64,000 nucleotides of DNA. It comes from an uncultured bacterium (GTDB lineage Bacteria > Bacillota > Clostridia > Oscillospirales > CAG-272). The stretch spans positions 18,760-82,759 of the forward strand of contig CAMEJM010000002.1 of the NCBI GenBank assembly GCA_945920215.1, read 5' to 3'. Under the pieces are notes generated by a model that was not told where the DNA came from, searched no databases, and saw nothing but the letters and a program-made list of their open reading frames with translations. Shown piece after piece: positions 9,895 to 19,391 of the stretch; the first letter of the stretch is position 1, and each line of letters opens with the position of its first letter. The position numbers and the translations under genes are program-made.

Positions 9895-9922
9895 GGCAGT
9901 CTTACATAGTTTTTGACCGAAC

Positions 9923-9955
9923 AGAGCCGCGCATTTCTGCGCGGCTCTTTCTCTG
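9923..9955 (+). terminator. rho-independent terminator after rhaD
   Basis: 11-bp stem AGAGCCGCGCA/TGCGCGGCTCT with TTTC loop, followed by TTTCTCT. Confidence 0.8.
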
Positions 9956-10097
9956 CGTTCTTCCTTTATATGATCCCATTGTTCTTCACAGGATGTGCTT
10001 TCCAAAACAGATGGGCGTTTTGTACGAATAAAATCGCAGAAAATCGGCGTTTTGCACATAAAAAATATTCCGAATCGCGGCAATGATGCAAATTGTC

Positions 10098-10126
10098 TTG
10101 TATTTGGGCACAGGATTCGTTACAAT
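10098..10126 (+). promoter_or_regulatory. promoter of GH3 gene (TTGTAT-17-TACAAT)
   Basis: Hexamers at 10098-10103 and 10121-10126 with a 17-nt spacer. Confidence 0.45.
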
Positions 10127-10180
10127 GAATCCGACTGGGAATCACCCGGAATTTACGCGAAAACGCGGAGGATCTCAACC

Positions 10181-12511
10181 ATGGCAAAATGGCAGAGAAT
10201 ACTATATCAACCTTGTATCCCGATGGGCGATGACGGCAGGCTTGTCACCGCGTCACCCGCCCATATCGCACTTTCAAGAAGCGCCGCCGCAGAAGGCATG
10301 GTGCTGCTCAGAAACGAAAACCGTATGCTCCCCCTTGCGGAGGGCGCGCGTATCGCTCTTTTCGGCGTCGGAAGCGCCGATTACGTGCGCGGCGGGGGCG
10401 GCTCCGGCGATGTCACCGTACCCTTCACGCACAGCCTTATCGACGCGGTGGAGGACGCCGCAAAGGCGCGGCATATCACGGTATACGAGCCGCTGAACAC
10501 TTTCTACCGCACCTATGTGGCAACTGCTTACCGTGAGGGAAAGCAGCCGGGACAGATACCCCAGCCGTCTTTGCCTGAGGGAATGCTTGCCGCTGCGGCA
10601 GCGGCGGCGGACACCGCTGTGATCAGCATCTGCCGTTTCTCCAGGGAAGCATGGGACCGCGGCGACAGCGACTTCTATCTGACCGAAGAAGAACGGACGC
10701 TTGTGGAGGACGTGACCGCGACATTCCCCCACACGGTTGTGGTGTTGAATGTCGGCGGCATGGTAGACACCTCATGGTTCCGGGACAACCCCAAGATCGA
10801 AGCGGTGCTTCTCGCATGGCAGGCGGGGCTGGAAGGCGGGTACGCCGAGTGGGATGTGCTGTCGGGGGCTGTGACTCCCTCCGGGCATCTGACCGACACG
10901 TTCGCCGCTTCGTTCGCGGATTATCCGTCCTCCGAGAACTTCAATGAGTCGGACGCATATGTGGAATATACCGACGATATTTATGTCGGCTACCGTTATT
11001 TTGAGACTGTTCCCGGAAAGAAAGACCGCGTGAACTATCCTTTCGGGTTCGGGCTTTCCTATACCACCTTTGCGCTTGATTCTCTCACCGGCTGTGAGCG
11101 GGAGGGCGAGATTCTCCTATCCTGCCGCGTGACCAATACCGGAGACTATCCGGGAAAAGAAGTGGTGCAAGTCTATTTCAGCGCCCCCGACGGAAAACTG
11201 GGGAAACCGAAGTACGCGCTTGCCGCTTTCGCAAAGACCGATCTGCTTCGCCCCGGCGAAAGCCGCACGCTCTCCCTGTCTTTCCCCGTTTCGCAAATGG
11301 CGTCCTTTGACGATACGGGTGCTGTCTGCCGCTCCGCCATGGTGCTCGAAGCGGGCGACTACACCGTTTTCATCGGCACCTCGGTGCGGGAACTGACCGA
11401 GGTTTACACCTATCGGCTTGCAGAAGATACGGTGACCGCACAGCTTCATTCCTATGTGGCGCCGCACAAACTTTCCAAGCGTCTGCGCTCCGACGGCACC
11501 TATGAAGCTCTTGAAACCACGGAGCCCGCGCCCGTTTACGACACCTCCGATTTCCCGGAAAAAGCGCAATGGGCTTGCGAGTACATACAGCTCTCCCGCA
11601 CCGATACCAAACGCCCTGACGGGTTGGTGATGCTGGAGGAGGTCGCCGAGGGAAAGGCGGATCTTGACGCATTCCTCGCACAACTCACCGATGAGGATGT
11701 CATTGATTTGCTGGGCGGCACTCCCAATACGGGCGTGGCGGATACTCACGGATGGGGAGGAGAATCTTTCTACGGCATTCCGAACGCGATGACCTGCGAC
11801 GGCCCTGCGGGTATGCGCATCAGTCCCGCATTCAAGGGTGTTGTTGCCACGGCATGGCCGTGCGCGACCTTGCTTGCTTGCACATGGAATACGGCTCTCG
11901 TTGAACAGATCGGAGCGGCGGGCGCCCGGGAAGTCAAGGAAAACAACATGGCGATCTGGCTGACTCCCGCCCTGAATATTCATCGCAGCCCGCTCTGCGG
12001 ACGGAATTTTGAGTACTATTCCGAAGACCCGTTGGTTTCGGGAAAGATGGCTGCCGCTTGCGTGCGCGGGATTCAATCCCAGCATATTGCCGCCTGCGTC
12101 AAGCACTTCTGCTGTAACAACAAGGAAACCAACCGCAGATGGAGCGACTCCCGCGTTTCCGAGCGCGCTCTGCGCGAGATTTATCTGCGCGGCTTTGAGA
12201 TTGCGGTGAAAGAGGCGCAGCCCTGGAGCCTGATGACCGCTTATAACATTGTCAACGGCACCTACCCGTCTGAGAACCGCGAACTTCTCACCGGGATCCT
12301 GCGCGAAGAATGGGGCTACCAAGGCATGGTGACCACCGACTGGAACAACGATGCAGAACAGTACCGCGAGGTGCTTGCAGGCAACGATGTGCGGATGCCC
12401 GTCGGCTCCAAGCGCCGCCTGCAAGAGGCGCTCTCACGGGGGCTGATCACACGTGCGGACATGGACAAGTGCGCCAAGCGGCTTCTCGAACTGTTCTTGA
12501 AGTTTGACTGA
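10181..12511 (+). CDS. glycoside hydrolase family 3 beta-glucosidase/xylosidase-like, permuted domain order
   Basis: The ATG at 10181 has GGAGGA 8 nt upstream. The N-terminal part resembles the GH3 C-terminal alpha/beta domain, the middle resembles an Fn3-like domain (VVQVYFSAPDGKLGKP), and the C-terminal part carries catalytic-barrel motifs KHFCCNNKETNR and GMVTTDW. Confidence 0.85.
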   Translation: MAKWQRILYQPCIPMGDDGRLVTASPAHIALSRSAAAEGMVLLRNENRMLPLAEGARIALFGVGSADYVRGGGGSGDVTVPFTHSLIDAVEDAAKARHITVYEPLNTFYRTYVATAYREGKQPGQIPQPSLPEGMLAAAAAAADTAVISICRFSREAWDRGDSDFYLTEEERTLVEDVTATFPHTVVVLNVGGMVDTSWFRDNPKIEAVLLAWQAGLEGGYAEWDVLSGAVTPSGHLTDTFAASFADYPSSENFNESDAYVEYTDDIYVGYRYFETVPGKKDRVNYPFGFGLSYTTFALDSLTGCEREGEILLSCRVTNTGDYPGKEVVQVYFSAPDGKLGKPKYALAAFAKTDLLRPGESRTLSLSFPVSQMASFDDTGAVCRSAMVLEAGDYTVFIGTSVRELTEVYTYRLAEDTVTAQLHSYVAPHKLSKRLRSDGTYEALETTEPAPVYDTSDFPEKAQWACEYIQLSRTDTKRPDGLVMLEEVAEGKADLDAFLAQLTDEDVIDLLGGTPNTGVADTHGWGGESFYGIPNAMTCDGPAGMRISPAFKGVVATAWPCATLLACTWNTALVEQIGAAGAREVKENNMAIWLTPALNIHRSPLCGRNFEYYSEDPLVSGKMAAACVRGIQSQHIAACVKHFCCNNKETNRRWSDSRVSERALREIYLRGFEIAVKEAQPWSLMTAYNIVNGTYPSENRELLTGILREEWGYQGMVTTDWNNDAEQYREVLAGNDVRMPVGSKRRLQEALSRGLITRADMDKCAKRLLELFLKFD

Positions 12512-12532
12512 TTACAAACGAATCATTGATGA

Positions 12533-12560
12533 CCCCGGCGCAGACGCGCCGGGGTTTCTC
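12533..12560 (+). terminator. rho-independent terminator after GH3 gene
   Basis: 9-bp stem CCCCGGCGC/GCGCCGGGG with AGAC loop, followed by TTTCTCT. Confidence 0.8.
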
Positions 12561-12653
12561 TGCGCTGTTCTTTCGCGCGCCGCTTGGGGAGAGAGGGAAA
12601 GTCCTGTGTTTGACGTCCGCCGTAGGGCGGTGTTCTATCGGGGCGGCGGCGCG

Positions 12654-12662
12654 CATACCATA
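12654..12662 (+). promoter_or_regulatory. possible mother-cell sigma (sigma-E/sigma-K type) -10 element
   Basis: CATACCATA fits the CATA-N3-TA / CATACA-T type -10, about 31 nt upstream of the SipL-like ATG. The -35 is not convincing. Confidence 0.3.
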
Positions 12663-12692
12663 GAACAAAAAAGCTGCGGAGGACAAAGAGAG

Positions 12693-14222
12693 ATGGCAGA
12701 AAAATATGTTGTGGAACGGGACGTCGGCGGCAACGCGGTCGGCTGTGAGACGGGCGGGGATTACACCCTGCCGGACTATATGCCGGAGGTGCGGCGGGTA
12801 TTGCGTGTGGATTGTCGCGCGGCTGTGAGCGGGCAGTATGTCAGCGGAGATAAAACCTCTCTCGGCGGGGATTGCAGCTATTATCTGCTCTATACCGGCG
12901 AGGATGGGAAGATCGCTTCGGCGCCTCTGGAGGCGACCTTTGAGTGTATGGTGCCCAATGCCGAGAATTCCCCTTTGCAGACGGCTGTCTCGGTAGAGGG
13001 GGCAAGCTGCCGTCCGGGGGGACCCAGGCGCGTCAGTCTGAAAAGCAATCTTTCCCTGCGGCCGAGCGGCGTGGTGAACGAGGAATGGGAGGAAGTCGCC
13101 GTGCCGGAGGCGGTCGGGAAATGCGCGGTGCTGCGCAAGACCATGCGCGCGGGCAGAACCGTTCCGCTTCACGCATCCGATATTCAATTGAGCGAGACTG
13201 TCAAGGCGGAGCCGGGTTCTACGGTTCTTTCCTGTGACGGGCACGTTCTGGTGCGCGAGATGCGGTGCGAGATGGGCGGCGCCAAACTTCGCGGGGAGGT
13301 CTGGGTGAGCGCGCTGTGCAATAACGCAGCGGGAGAGCCTTATACCGTCAAGGCGAAGCTGCCGCTGGAGGAATATATCCCCGGTGACGGCGTGACGCCC
13401 GAACATTCAGGCATCGCCCGGGGTACCTGCAGCGCTTTGACAGCCACGCCGACAGAGGGTGAGAGCGGTTGCGGAATTGCATTTGACGCTTTGCTGGACC
13501 TTTGCGGAACCGCTGTCATCAATGAGGAAATTCATCCGGTGTGCGATATGTATGCCCTGCGGTATCCCTTGCAGGTCAGCCGCAAGACCATCAGAAGCCG
13601 CTGGTATCCGGCAGCCATGATGGGAAATTACACGGTGGACGGCAGCGTCGGGTGCGAGGAGTTGGGATGCGGGGATATTCTGCGCCCCATCGATTGCCGC
13701 GGGGATGCCGTGGTCAATGCCTGCGAGTGTCAGGGGAATGAAGTCGGTATCGAAGGCACGATCCGTATGAATGCCATTCTGGCGTGCGGAGAGGACGGCG
13801 CATATAACGCGGCGCATTTCAATCTGCCTTTCAAGGTGCGTATGAGCTGCAGTGAAAACCTGCCGGAGCATACCGCGCTGTCGGTCGGCGTCGAGTGCGT
13901 CGGCACACATACGCGGATGGACGGCAAACGTCTTGCCGCAGACGCGGAAATTGCCGTGGCGGTGCTTGCAAGGCGAGAGGAACAGCAGCAAGCCGTCTCC
14001 GGCGCTGAGGCGGATACCGACAGCCCTGTGGAACACGAAAAGGGAGAAATCGTCGCTGCCTATCTGCGGAACGGAGATTCGCTCTGGAGCGTGGGGAAAC
14101 GGTATCATGTGGCGCCTGAAGCACTCATGCAGGGGAATTCCCTGCCGGAGGAGATCATGGAAACGCTCGACGAGCCGTTTGCGCTGGACGGTCTGAGCCG
14201 CCTGATGCTGCAATACGATTGA
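12693..14222 (+). CDS. SipL/SpoVID-like spore morphogenesis protein (SPOCS/DUF3794-type repeats plus C-terminal LysM)
   Basis: The ATG at 12693 has a GGAGG RBS. The YTLPDYMPEVRRVL motif is typical of DUF3794. The C-terminus YLRNGDSLWSVGKRYHVAPEALMQGNSL is a LysM. The upstream part of track ORF 12504.. has no RBS and overlaps the terminator. Confidence 0.7.
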   Translation: MAEKYVVERDVGGNAVGCETGGDYTLPDYMPEVRRVLRVDCRAAVSGQYVSGDKTSLGGDCSYYLLYTGEDGKIASAPLEATFECMVPNAENSPLQTAVSVEGASCRPGGPRRVSLKSNLSLRPSGVVNEEWEEVAVPEAVGKCAVLRKTMRAGRTVPLHASDIQLSETVKAEPGSTVLSCDGHVLVREMRCEMGGAKLRGEVWVSALCNNAAGEPYTVKAKLPLEEYIPGDGVTPEHSGIARGTCSALTATPTEGESGCGIAFDALLDLCGTAVINEEIHPVCDMYALRYPLQVSRKTIRSRWYPAAMMGNYTVDGSVGCEELGCGDILRPIDCRGDAVVNACECQGNEVGIEGTIRMNAILACGEDGAYNAAHFNLPFKVRMSCSENLPEHTALSVGVECVGTHTRMDGKRLAADAEIAVAVLARREEQQQAVSGAEADTDSPVEHEKGEIVAAYLRNGDSLWSVGKRYHVAPEALMQGNSLPEEIMETLDEPFALDGLSRLMLQYD

Positions 14223-14261
14223 CGCGCCGCGTGCCTGACATTCCGTTTTGTTTTCTTGTGA

Positions 14262-14298
14262 AAAAATCAGCCGCCCGACAGTGTCGGGCGGCATTTTG
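14262..14298. terminator. bidirectional terminator between convergent sipL-like gene and polA
   Basis: 11-bp stem GCCGCCCGACA/TGTCGGGCGGC flanked by AAAAAA on the left and TTTT on the right. Confidence 0.8.
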
Positions 14299-14344
14299 TG
14301 TTCGGAATGCGGAGAAAAAACTGCGCTTTGCAAGAGAAGAAGCG

Positions 14345-16885
14345 TTATTTGAGCCAATTCTCTCCGATTTGCACGTCCACGGACAGGGGCACTGCGAAAT
14401 CCGTGACGCCTTCCATTTCCCGTTTGAGGATTTCGGCGGCTTTCGGCGCGTCCGCGGCGGGGCATTCCACCACCAGTTCGTCATGCACCTGCATGATCAG
14501 GCGTGCGGCGGGCAACTCCTTTTCCAGCGCGTGGCTGACCCGCACCATCGCCATCTTCATCACGTCGGCGGCGGTTCCCTGAATCGGAGCGTTCATGGCG
14601 ATGCGTTTTCCGAGCGCGCGCACCATGCCGTTGGAAGCGCGCAGTTCCGGAATGTAGCGGCGGCGCCCGTACAAGGTGACGGTATAGCCAACCTCCGCCG
14701 CATGGGCGACCGTCTCGTCCAGATAGGCGCCGATGGAGGGATAGGTTTGCATATACGCGTCGATATAGGACCGCGCCTCGGCATTGGAGATATGCAGATC
14801 CTCTGCCAGAGAAAAAGCGCTGATGCCGTAGACAATCCCGAAATTGATGGCTTTGGCACGCTTGCGCAGCTCCGGCGTGACCTCCGAGAGCGGAATGCGG
14901 AACGCGGAGGCGGCTGTGGCAGCGTGAATGTCCTCGCCCTCGCGGAACGCGCGGATCATATTGGCGTCCCCGGACAGAACGGCAAGGAGGCGCAATTCGA
15001 TCTGCGAGTAGTCGGCGTCTACGAGCAGACACCCCTGCCGCGGGATGAAATATCGCCTTAGTTCGCGCCCCAACGGGGTGCGGATCGGAATATTTTGCAG
15101 GTTCGGCTCGGCTGAGGACAAGCGCCCTGTCGCAGTCAGAGCCTGCTTGAAGTCCGTGTGGATACGGTCGTCGTCTCCTGCAGCGGCAACCAGCCCCACC
15201 GCGTAGGTGCTGTAAAGCTTTGTAAGCTGCCGATAGAGCAGGATCTCATCAATGATGGGGTGAACGGGGCGGAGCTTGGCAAGCGTCTCGGCGTCTGTGG
15301 AGTAGCCGTTTTTCTTCTTTTTTGGATTGGGGAGTCCCAGTTCCTCGAAAAGCACCTCGCCGAGTTGCTTGGGAGAATTGACGTTGAACGGGTGCCCTGC
15401 CATTTCCTGAATTTTGGCAAGGCAGTCTTCGGCTGCCTTGTGCAGTCCCTGCCCGTAGGTTTCGATTCCCAGGCGGTCAATGCGGAAGCCCTCCTGCTCC
15501 ATTTGCGCGAGAATTGAAAGTAAAGGAAGCTCTACATCGTTTAACAGACGCGTACATTGTATTTGTTCCACTTCTTCGGAAAGCTTACTTTCCAAATCAA
15601 ACAGCAGATGCGCTGCGGGGATATCAGGGGGTACGGTCACGCCGAGATAGGAGGCACACAAGCCCGAGAGTGTGGCGTTCCCGACGGAGGAGTTGAGTAT
15701 ATAGGCATACAGGGTCACATCGGCGAATAGGCAGTGCGGGCAAACGCCGGCATTATACAGGCGGTGCCAAAGCGCCTTACCGTCAAAGCATATCACCGTC
15801 TTTCCCTCGCCGAACAGCGGCGTGAGATCGGAGAGAGACGCCGCAAGCGTCAGATTGGCTTTTCCGTCCGAAAGATAAATCCGATCATTCAAGAATTGGA
15901 AAGCAAACTTGTCGCCGATTGAAAGAGCCTTCTCAAGAGAAGTCTCGGTATACCGCACCTCGGTAGTTGCCTGCAAGGCGGTAGCCGCGTCTGTTTCTTT
16001 TTCCGTCGCGCTGTCTGCCGGACTCAGATGAAAGCGGGAGATGAAGCTGTTGAGCTCCAGTTCCGTAAATTTCGCGTACAGAGCCGGGCGGTTAAAGCCG
16101 TGATAGCGCAGCTCCTCCAGGGTCACGGAGAGGGGAACCTCGCGCAGAATGGTGGCAAGCTTGCGAGAGAGGTAGGCGTCCTCTTTGGAGCGCAGCAGTT
16201 TTTCCCGCACTCCTTTGGCAATTTCCGGCGAGTCAATGTTCTCGTACACGCTGTCAAGGCTTCCGAAAGTGCCGATCAGCTTGAGCGCGGTCTTTTCTCC
16301 GACTCCCGCAACTCCCGGAATATTATCCGAGGAGTCGCCCATCAGGGCTTTCAGGTCAACAAACTGCTCCGGCGTGATACCCGGATATTTTTCGCTGAAT
16401 TTCTCCCTGTCATACGGAACGGTATCGGTGTTGCCGGCGTACAGCACGGTGGTGTCGTCGTCAATGAGCTGATACAGATCGCGGTCGCCGGACAGGATAT
16501 AGGCGTGCGCGTCCGGCAGTGCCTTTGCCATTGCGGCTACGGTGCCCTGAATATCGTCCGCCTCATAGCCTGCCAGTTCCAGGACGTGGACGCCCATGTC
16601 CGTCAGGCATTCTTTGGCGTCGGGGAACTGGGAGAGCAGTTCCGGAGGCGTTTCGCGCCGTCCGGCTTTGTATGTGTCATAGAGCTTGTGGCGGAACGTC
16701 GGCGCTTTGAGATCGAACGCCACCGCCGCGTAATCGGGTTTGAGCGCTTCCAGCTGGCGGGAGATGATGTTGACCATGCCGAAAATGGCGTTTGTGGGCT
16801 TCCCCTGACGGGTGGTCAGCGGGCGTACGCCGTAAAAGGCGCGGTTGATAATGCTGTTGCCGTCTATGACTAAAACCTTATTCAC
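14345..16885 (-). CDS. polA: DNA polymerase I
   Basis: 5' nuclease domain (VLVIDGNSIINRAFYG), a central exonuclease-like region, and Pol A motifs (DYSQIELR, RRxAKAINFGIVYG, QVHDELV). The likely start is GTG 16885, an 8-nt overlap with the upstream gene. The track ORF extends to 16957. Confidence 0.93.
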   Translation of the reverse strand: MNKVLVIDGNSIINRAFYGVRPLTTRQGKPTNAIFGMVNIISRQLEALKPDYAAVAFDLKAPTFRHKLYDTYKAGRRETPPELLSQFPDAKECLTDMGVHVLELAGYEADDIQGTVAAMAKALPDAHAYILSGDRDLYQLIDDDTTVLYAGNTDTVPYDREKFSEKYPGITPEQFVDLKALMGDSSDNIPGVAGVGEKTALKLIGTFGSLDSVYENIDSPEIAKGVREKLLRSKEDAYLSRKLATILREVPLSVTLEELRYHGFNRPALYAKFTELELNSFISRFHLSPADSATEKETDAATALQATTEVRYTETSLEKALSIGDKFAFQFLNDRIYLSDGKANLTLAASLSDLTPLFGEGKTVICFDGKALWHRLYNAGVCPHCLFADVTLYAYILNSSVGNATLSGLCASYLGVTVPPDIPAAHLLFDLESKLSEEVEQIQCTRLLNDVELPLLSILAQMEQEGFRIDRLGIETYGQGLHKAAEDCLAKIQEMAGHPFNVNSPKQLGEVLFEELGLPNPKKKKNGYSTDAETLAKLRPVHPIIDEILLYRQLTKLYSTYAVGLVAAAGDDDRIHTDFKQALTATGRLSSAEPNLQNIPIRTPLGRELRRYFIPRQGCLLVDADYSQIELRLLAVLSGDANMIRAFREGEDIHAATAASAFRIPLSEVTPELRKRAKAINFGIVYGISAFSLAEDLHISNAEARSYIDAYMQTYPSIGAYLDETVAHAAEVGYTVTLYGRRRYIPELRASNGMVRALGKRIAMNAPIQGTAADVMKMAMVRVSHALEKELPAARLIMQVHDELVVECPAADAPKAAEILKREMEGVTDFAVPLSVDVQIGENWLK

Positions 16886-17810
16886 GTCCGCTGTCCTCGC
16901 TTCCGTTGTCCCGAGAGGGGGAGATAGGGGTGCTTTCGTCCGCTTCGCTGCCCTCACCGGGGACAGCGGCGATTTCTTGAGGGACGGGGGCGAACTCCAA
17001 CGGATCTTGTAAAGACGGAATGATACCGAACCGCAACAACTCTTTTATATAAATATAAAGGAAGAAAAAGAGCAGCATCAGCACGGGTGGGAAACCGAAT
17101 GCCGGCTCTTCACCGCTGATGGCGGCGGCGAGCAGACTGCCGGCCGACACAGCCGCGCAGAAAGGCGCTACCCCGAGGGCTACCGCATGGGTCATGCGCG
17201 GATAGCCCTTGCCGAGCGCCGCGCGGGTCTCCGACAGAACGCAGAGCATGGCGAGAAGATACGCCACCAGAAGCAAGAGCTTGACCGGCGCGTTTTTGGG
17301 AAGCGAGGTATCAAAATACAGGTAGAGGGGATAGAAGAGAAAAGAAAGCAGAAGCGAGATGCCCGTGAAACCGTCCCGCGTCATGCGGGAGGAAGCGGTA
17401 AGGGGAGAGAACGGAAGAAATGCCGCACCGCCGATTGCGAGAATACCGCTGAGAAAGGCGGGGAGGACCGTCCGCACGGAAGCCCCGTCGGGGGCGCGCA
17501 GGGCGCAACCGATCAGATACCCGCCGAAGAGGAGGGCGGCGAGTGCCGCGAAGCTGCCGATGACGCGCAGGGAGGGAGAACTATCGGTTTTCTCCTGTAA
17601 GACAAGCGTAAGTGTTCCATCCGTTTTCAGAAGAAGTGTGATAACGGCAAAAGCCGCGCAGGGGACTGCCCAAAGCAGCACATAGGCGGCACCGTGGGGA
17701 TAGAGCGCGCCCCCCGCAAATGAAACGGCATAGAAAACCACTCCCAGAACGGAAGCCAGGCAGGAAAGAAAGAGAGACACAAGCTGTGATCTTGTCGGTC
17801 GTGTGCGCAT
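16878..17810 (-). CDS. polytopic membrane protein of unknown function with acidic C-terminal tail
   Basis: 310-aa ORF with about 8 hydrophobic segments. Its stop overlaps the polA start. I recognise no family motif. Confidence 0.6.
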   Translation of the reverse strand: MRTRPTRSQLVSLFLSCLASVLGVVFYAVSFAGGALYPHGAAYVLLWAVPCAAFAVITLLLKTDGTLTLVLQEKTDSSPSLRVIGSFAALAALLFGGYLIGCALRAPDGASVRTVLPAFLSGILAIGGAAFLPFSPLTASSRMTRDGFTGISLLLSFLFYPLYLYFDTSLPKNAPVKLLLLVAYLLAMLCVLSETRAALGKGYPRMTHAVALGVAPFCAAVSAGSLLAAAISGEEPAFGFPPVLMLLFFFLYIYIKELLRFGIIPSLQDPLEFAPVPQEIAAVPGEGSEADESTPISPSRDNGSEDSGRE

Positions 17811-18024
17811 AAATGCTCCTTGGCGGACATACCCGCGTGTTTTTTCTCATTATAATGGAAAGTTGTTAACAAAATGTATACATTTGGCATTCGCGGGTAA
17901 TAATTTCCCCTGAAACGGCTTGTTTTATCCTTCTAAAACGCCTTTTTGTGCAAGATAACTAAAATTTCTCAAAAATAATTCGAATTTTCTACATGAAAAA
18001 ATTGAGGTGATTTTTGATAATTTC

Positions 18025-18053
18025 TTGCAATTTAAGACTGCTTCTGTTATACT
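18025..18053 (+). promoter_or_regulatory. promoter of the S10 operon (TTGCAA-17-TATACT) with AT-rich upstream region
   Basis: Hexamers at 18025-18030 and 18048-18053. The 120 bp upstream is very AT-rich (UP-element-like). It leaves a leader of about 235 nt before rpsJ. Confidence 0.6.
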
Positions 18054-18290
18054 ATTTCAGCATGATATGCGATGAGGCGAAAGGTTGCTGCCCGCAAGAC
18101 GGCAGGGAATTTTCGCGGAGTATGTCCAATATCTAATTGGGCGAAGTGAAAGCATCGTGTGAAGTGTGTACGGGTGCGGTTCCCGCTGCGGGGAATTGCT
18201 GCCCGGATTTTCCTTGTCAGGACAAAGAAACGCACGGCACGGTGTAAAAATCTTCCCCCTTTCATGCGATTAAATAAGGAGGAAAACACC

Positions 18291-18605
18291 ATGGCAGCAA
18301 AAGAGAAAATCAGAGTGAGACTCAAGAGCTATGACCACACGCTGATCGACGCCGCAGCAGCGAAGATCGTCGAGGTTGCTCAGAGAAACGGAAGCGCCGT
18401 ATCCGGTCCTATCCCGCTTCCCACCGAGAAGGAAATCGTTACGATTCTCCGCGCGGTGCACAAGTACAAGGACTCCCGTGAGCAGTTTGAGCTGCGCACG
18501 CACAAGAGACTGATTGACATTCTCAACCCGCAGGCTAAGACTGTGGAGGCGCTGATGAACATCGAGCTTCCCGCAGGCGTTGAGATCGAAATCGTCAAGG
18601 CATAA
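18291..18605 (+). CDS. rpsJ: 30S ribosomal protein S10
   Basis: [20 protein letters not shown]...; AAGGAGG RBS 7 nt upstream of the ATG at 18291. Confidence 0.98.
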   Translation: MAAKEKIRVRLKSYDHTLIDAAAAKIVEVAQRNGSAVSGPIPLPTEKEIVTILRAVHKYKDSREQFELRTHKRLIDILNPQAKTVEALMNIELPAGVEIEIVKA

Positions 18606-18740
18606 GAGTCACCAACTCGGCCAACCGCAGAGATGCGGTGTGTGCAATCCGCACACAAAACCACGGCCTCGTGGTCACGTTGACGCGACAGCGAACGCTG
18701 AAATCCAAACACGTCAACCAATAACTGCAAAGGAGAAACC

Positions 18741-19373
18741 ATGAAACACGGCATGATCGGCAAAAAACTGGGAATGACGCAGATTTTTGATGAGATCGGC
18801 AACGTGATACCCGTAACCCTGATTGAAGCAGGTCCTTGCGCGGTAGCACAGAAGAAGACCGTCGATACTGACGGTTACGACGCAGTTCAGCTGGCATACA
18901 GCGACTGCAAGGACAAGCAGCTGACCAAAGCAGAGCTCGGTCATCTGAAGAGCGCAGGTCTCGGCGGCAAGAGATATCTCAAGGAATTCCGCCTCGACGA
19001 TTGCAGCGCCCTGAACGTAGGCGACGTGATTACCGTCGATACCTTCGCCGCAGGCGAAAAGGTCGACATCACCGGTATCACAAAAGGTCGCGGCTACACG
19101 GGCGCCGTCAAGAGATGGGGCCACCACATCCTGAGAATGACTCACGGCACCGGTCCTATCCATCGCCAGGTCGGCTCTATGGGTGCAAACTCCACCCCGT
19201 CCCGCGTGTTCAAGAACAAGAAGATGGCGGGTCAGTACGGCAACGAGCAGGTCACTATCCTGAACCTCGCCGTTGTGAAAATCGACGCGGAAAAGAACCT
19301 GATCGCAGTCAAGGGCGCCGTCCCCGGTGCAAAGGGCGGAATCGTCTTTATCCGCGATTCAGTGAAAGCATAA
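18741..19373 (+). CDS. rplC: 50S ribosomal protein L3
   Basis: MKHGMIGKKLGMTQIFDE...; operon position. Confidence 0.98.
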   Translation: MKHGMIGKKLGMTQIFDEIGNVIPVTLIEAGPCAVAQKKTVDTDGYDAVQLAYSDCKDKQLTKAELGHLKSAGLGGKRYLKEFRLDDCSALNVGDVITVDTFAAGEKVDITGITKGRGYTGAVKRWGHHILRMTHGTGPIHRQVGSMGANSTPSRVFKNKKMAGQYGNEQVTILNLAVVKIDAEKNLIAVKGAVPGAKGGIVFIRDSVKA

Positions 19374-19391
19374 TGGAAGGAGGAAACACGA

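Noticed and set aside
9995-10180. Upstream extensions of track ORFs: GH3 from 9995, sipL-like from 12504, rplE from 24281, rpsH from 25118, rplO from 27173, hrb-rbr from 34440, citrate synthase from 36077, icd from 40054, mglB to 47039, ptcA from 47060, ECF-S to 52716, GH43 from 57536, gpsA from 60566.
   Set aside because: The extensions run through terminators, promoters or the preceding gene, and they lack an RBS. In every case an internal ATG/GTG with a properly spaced GGAGG-type RBS aligns with the expected protein N-terminus.
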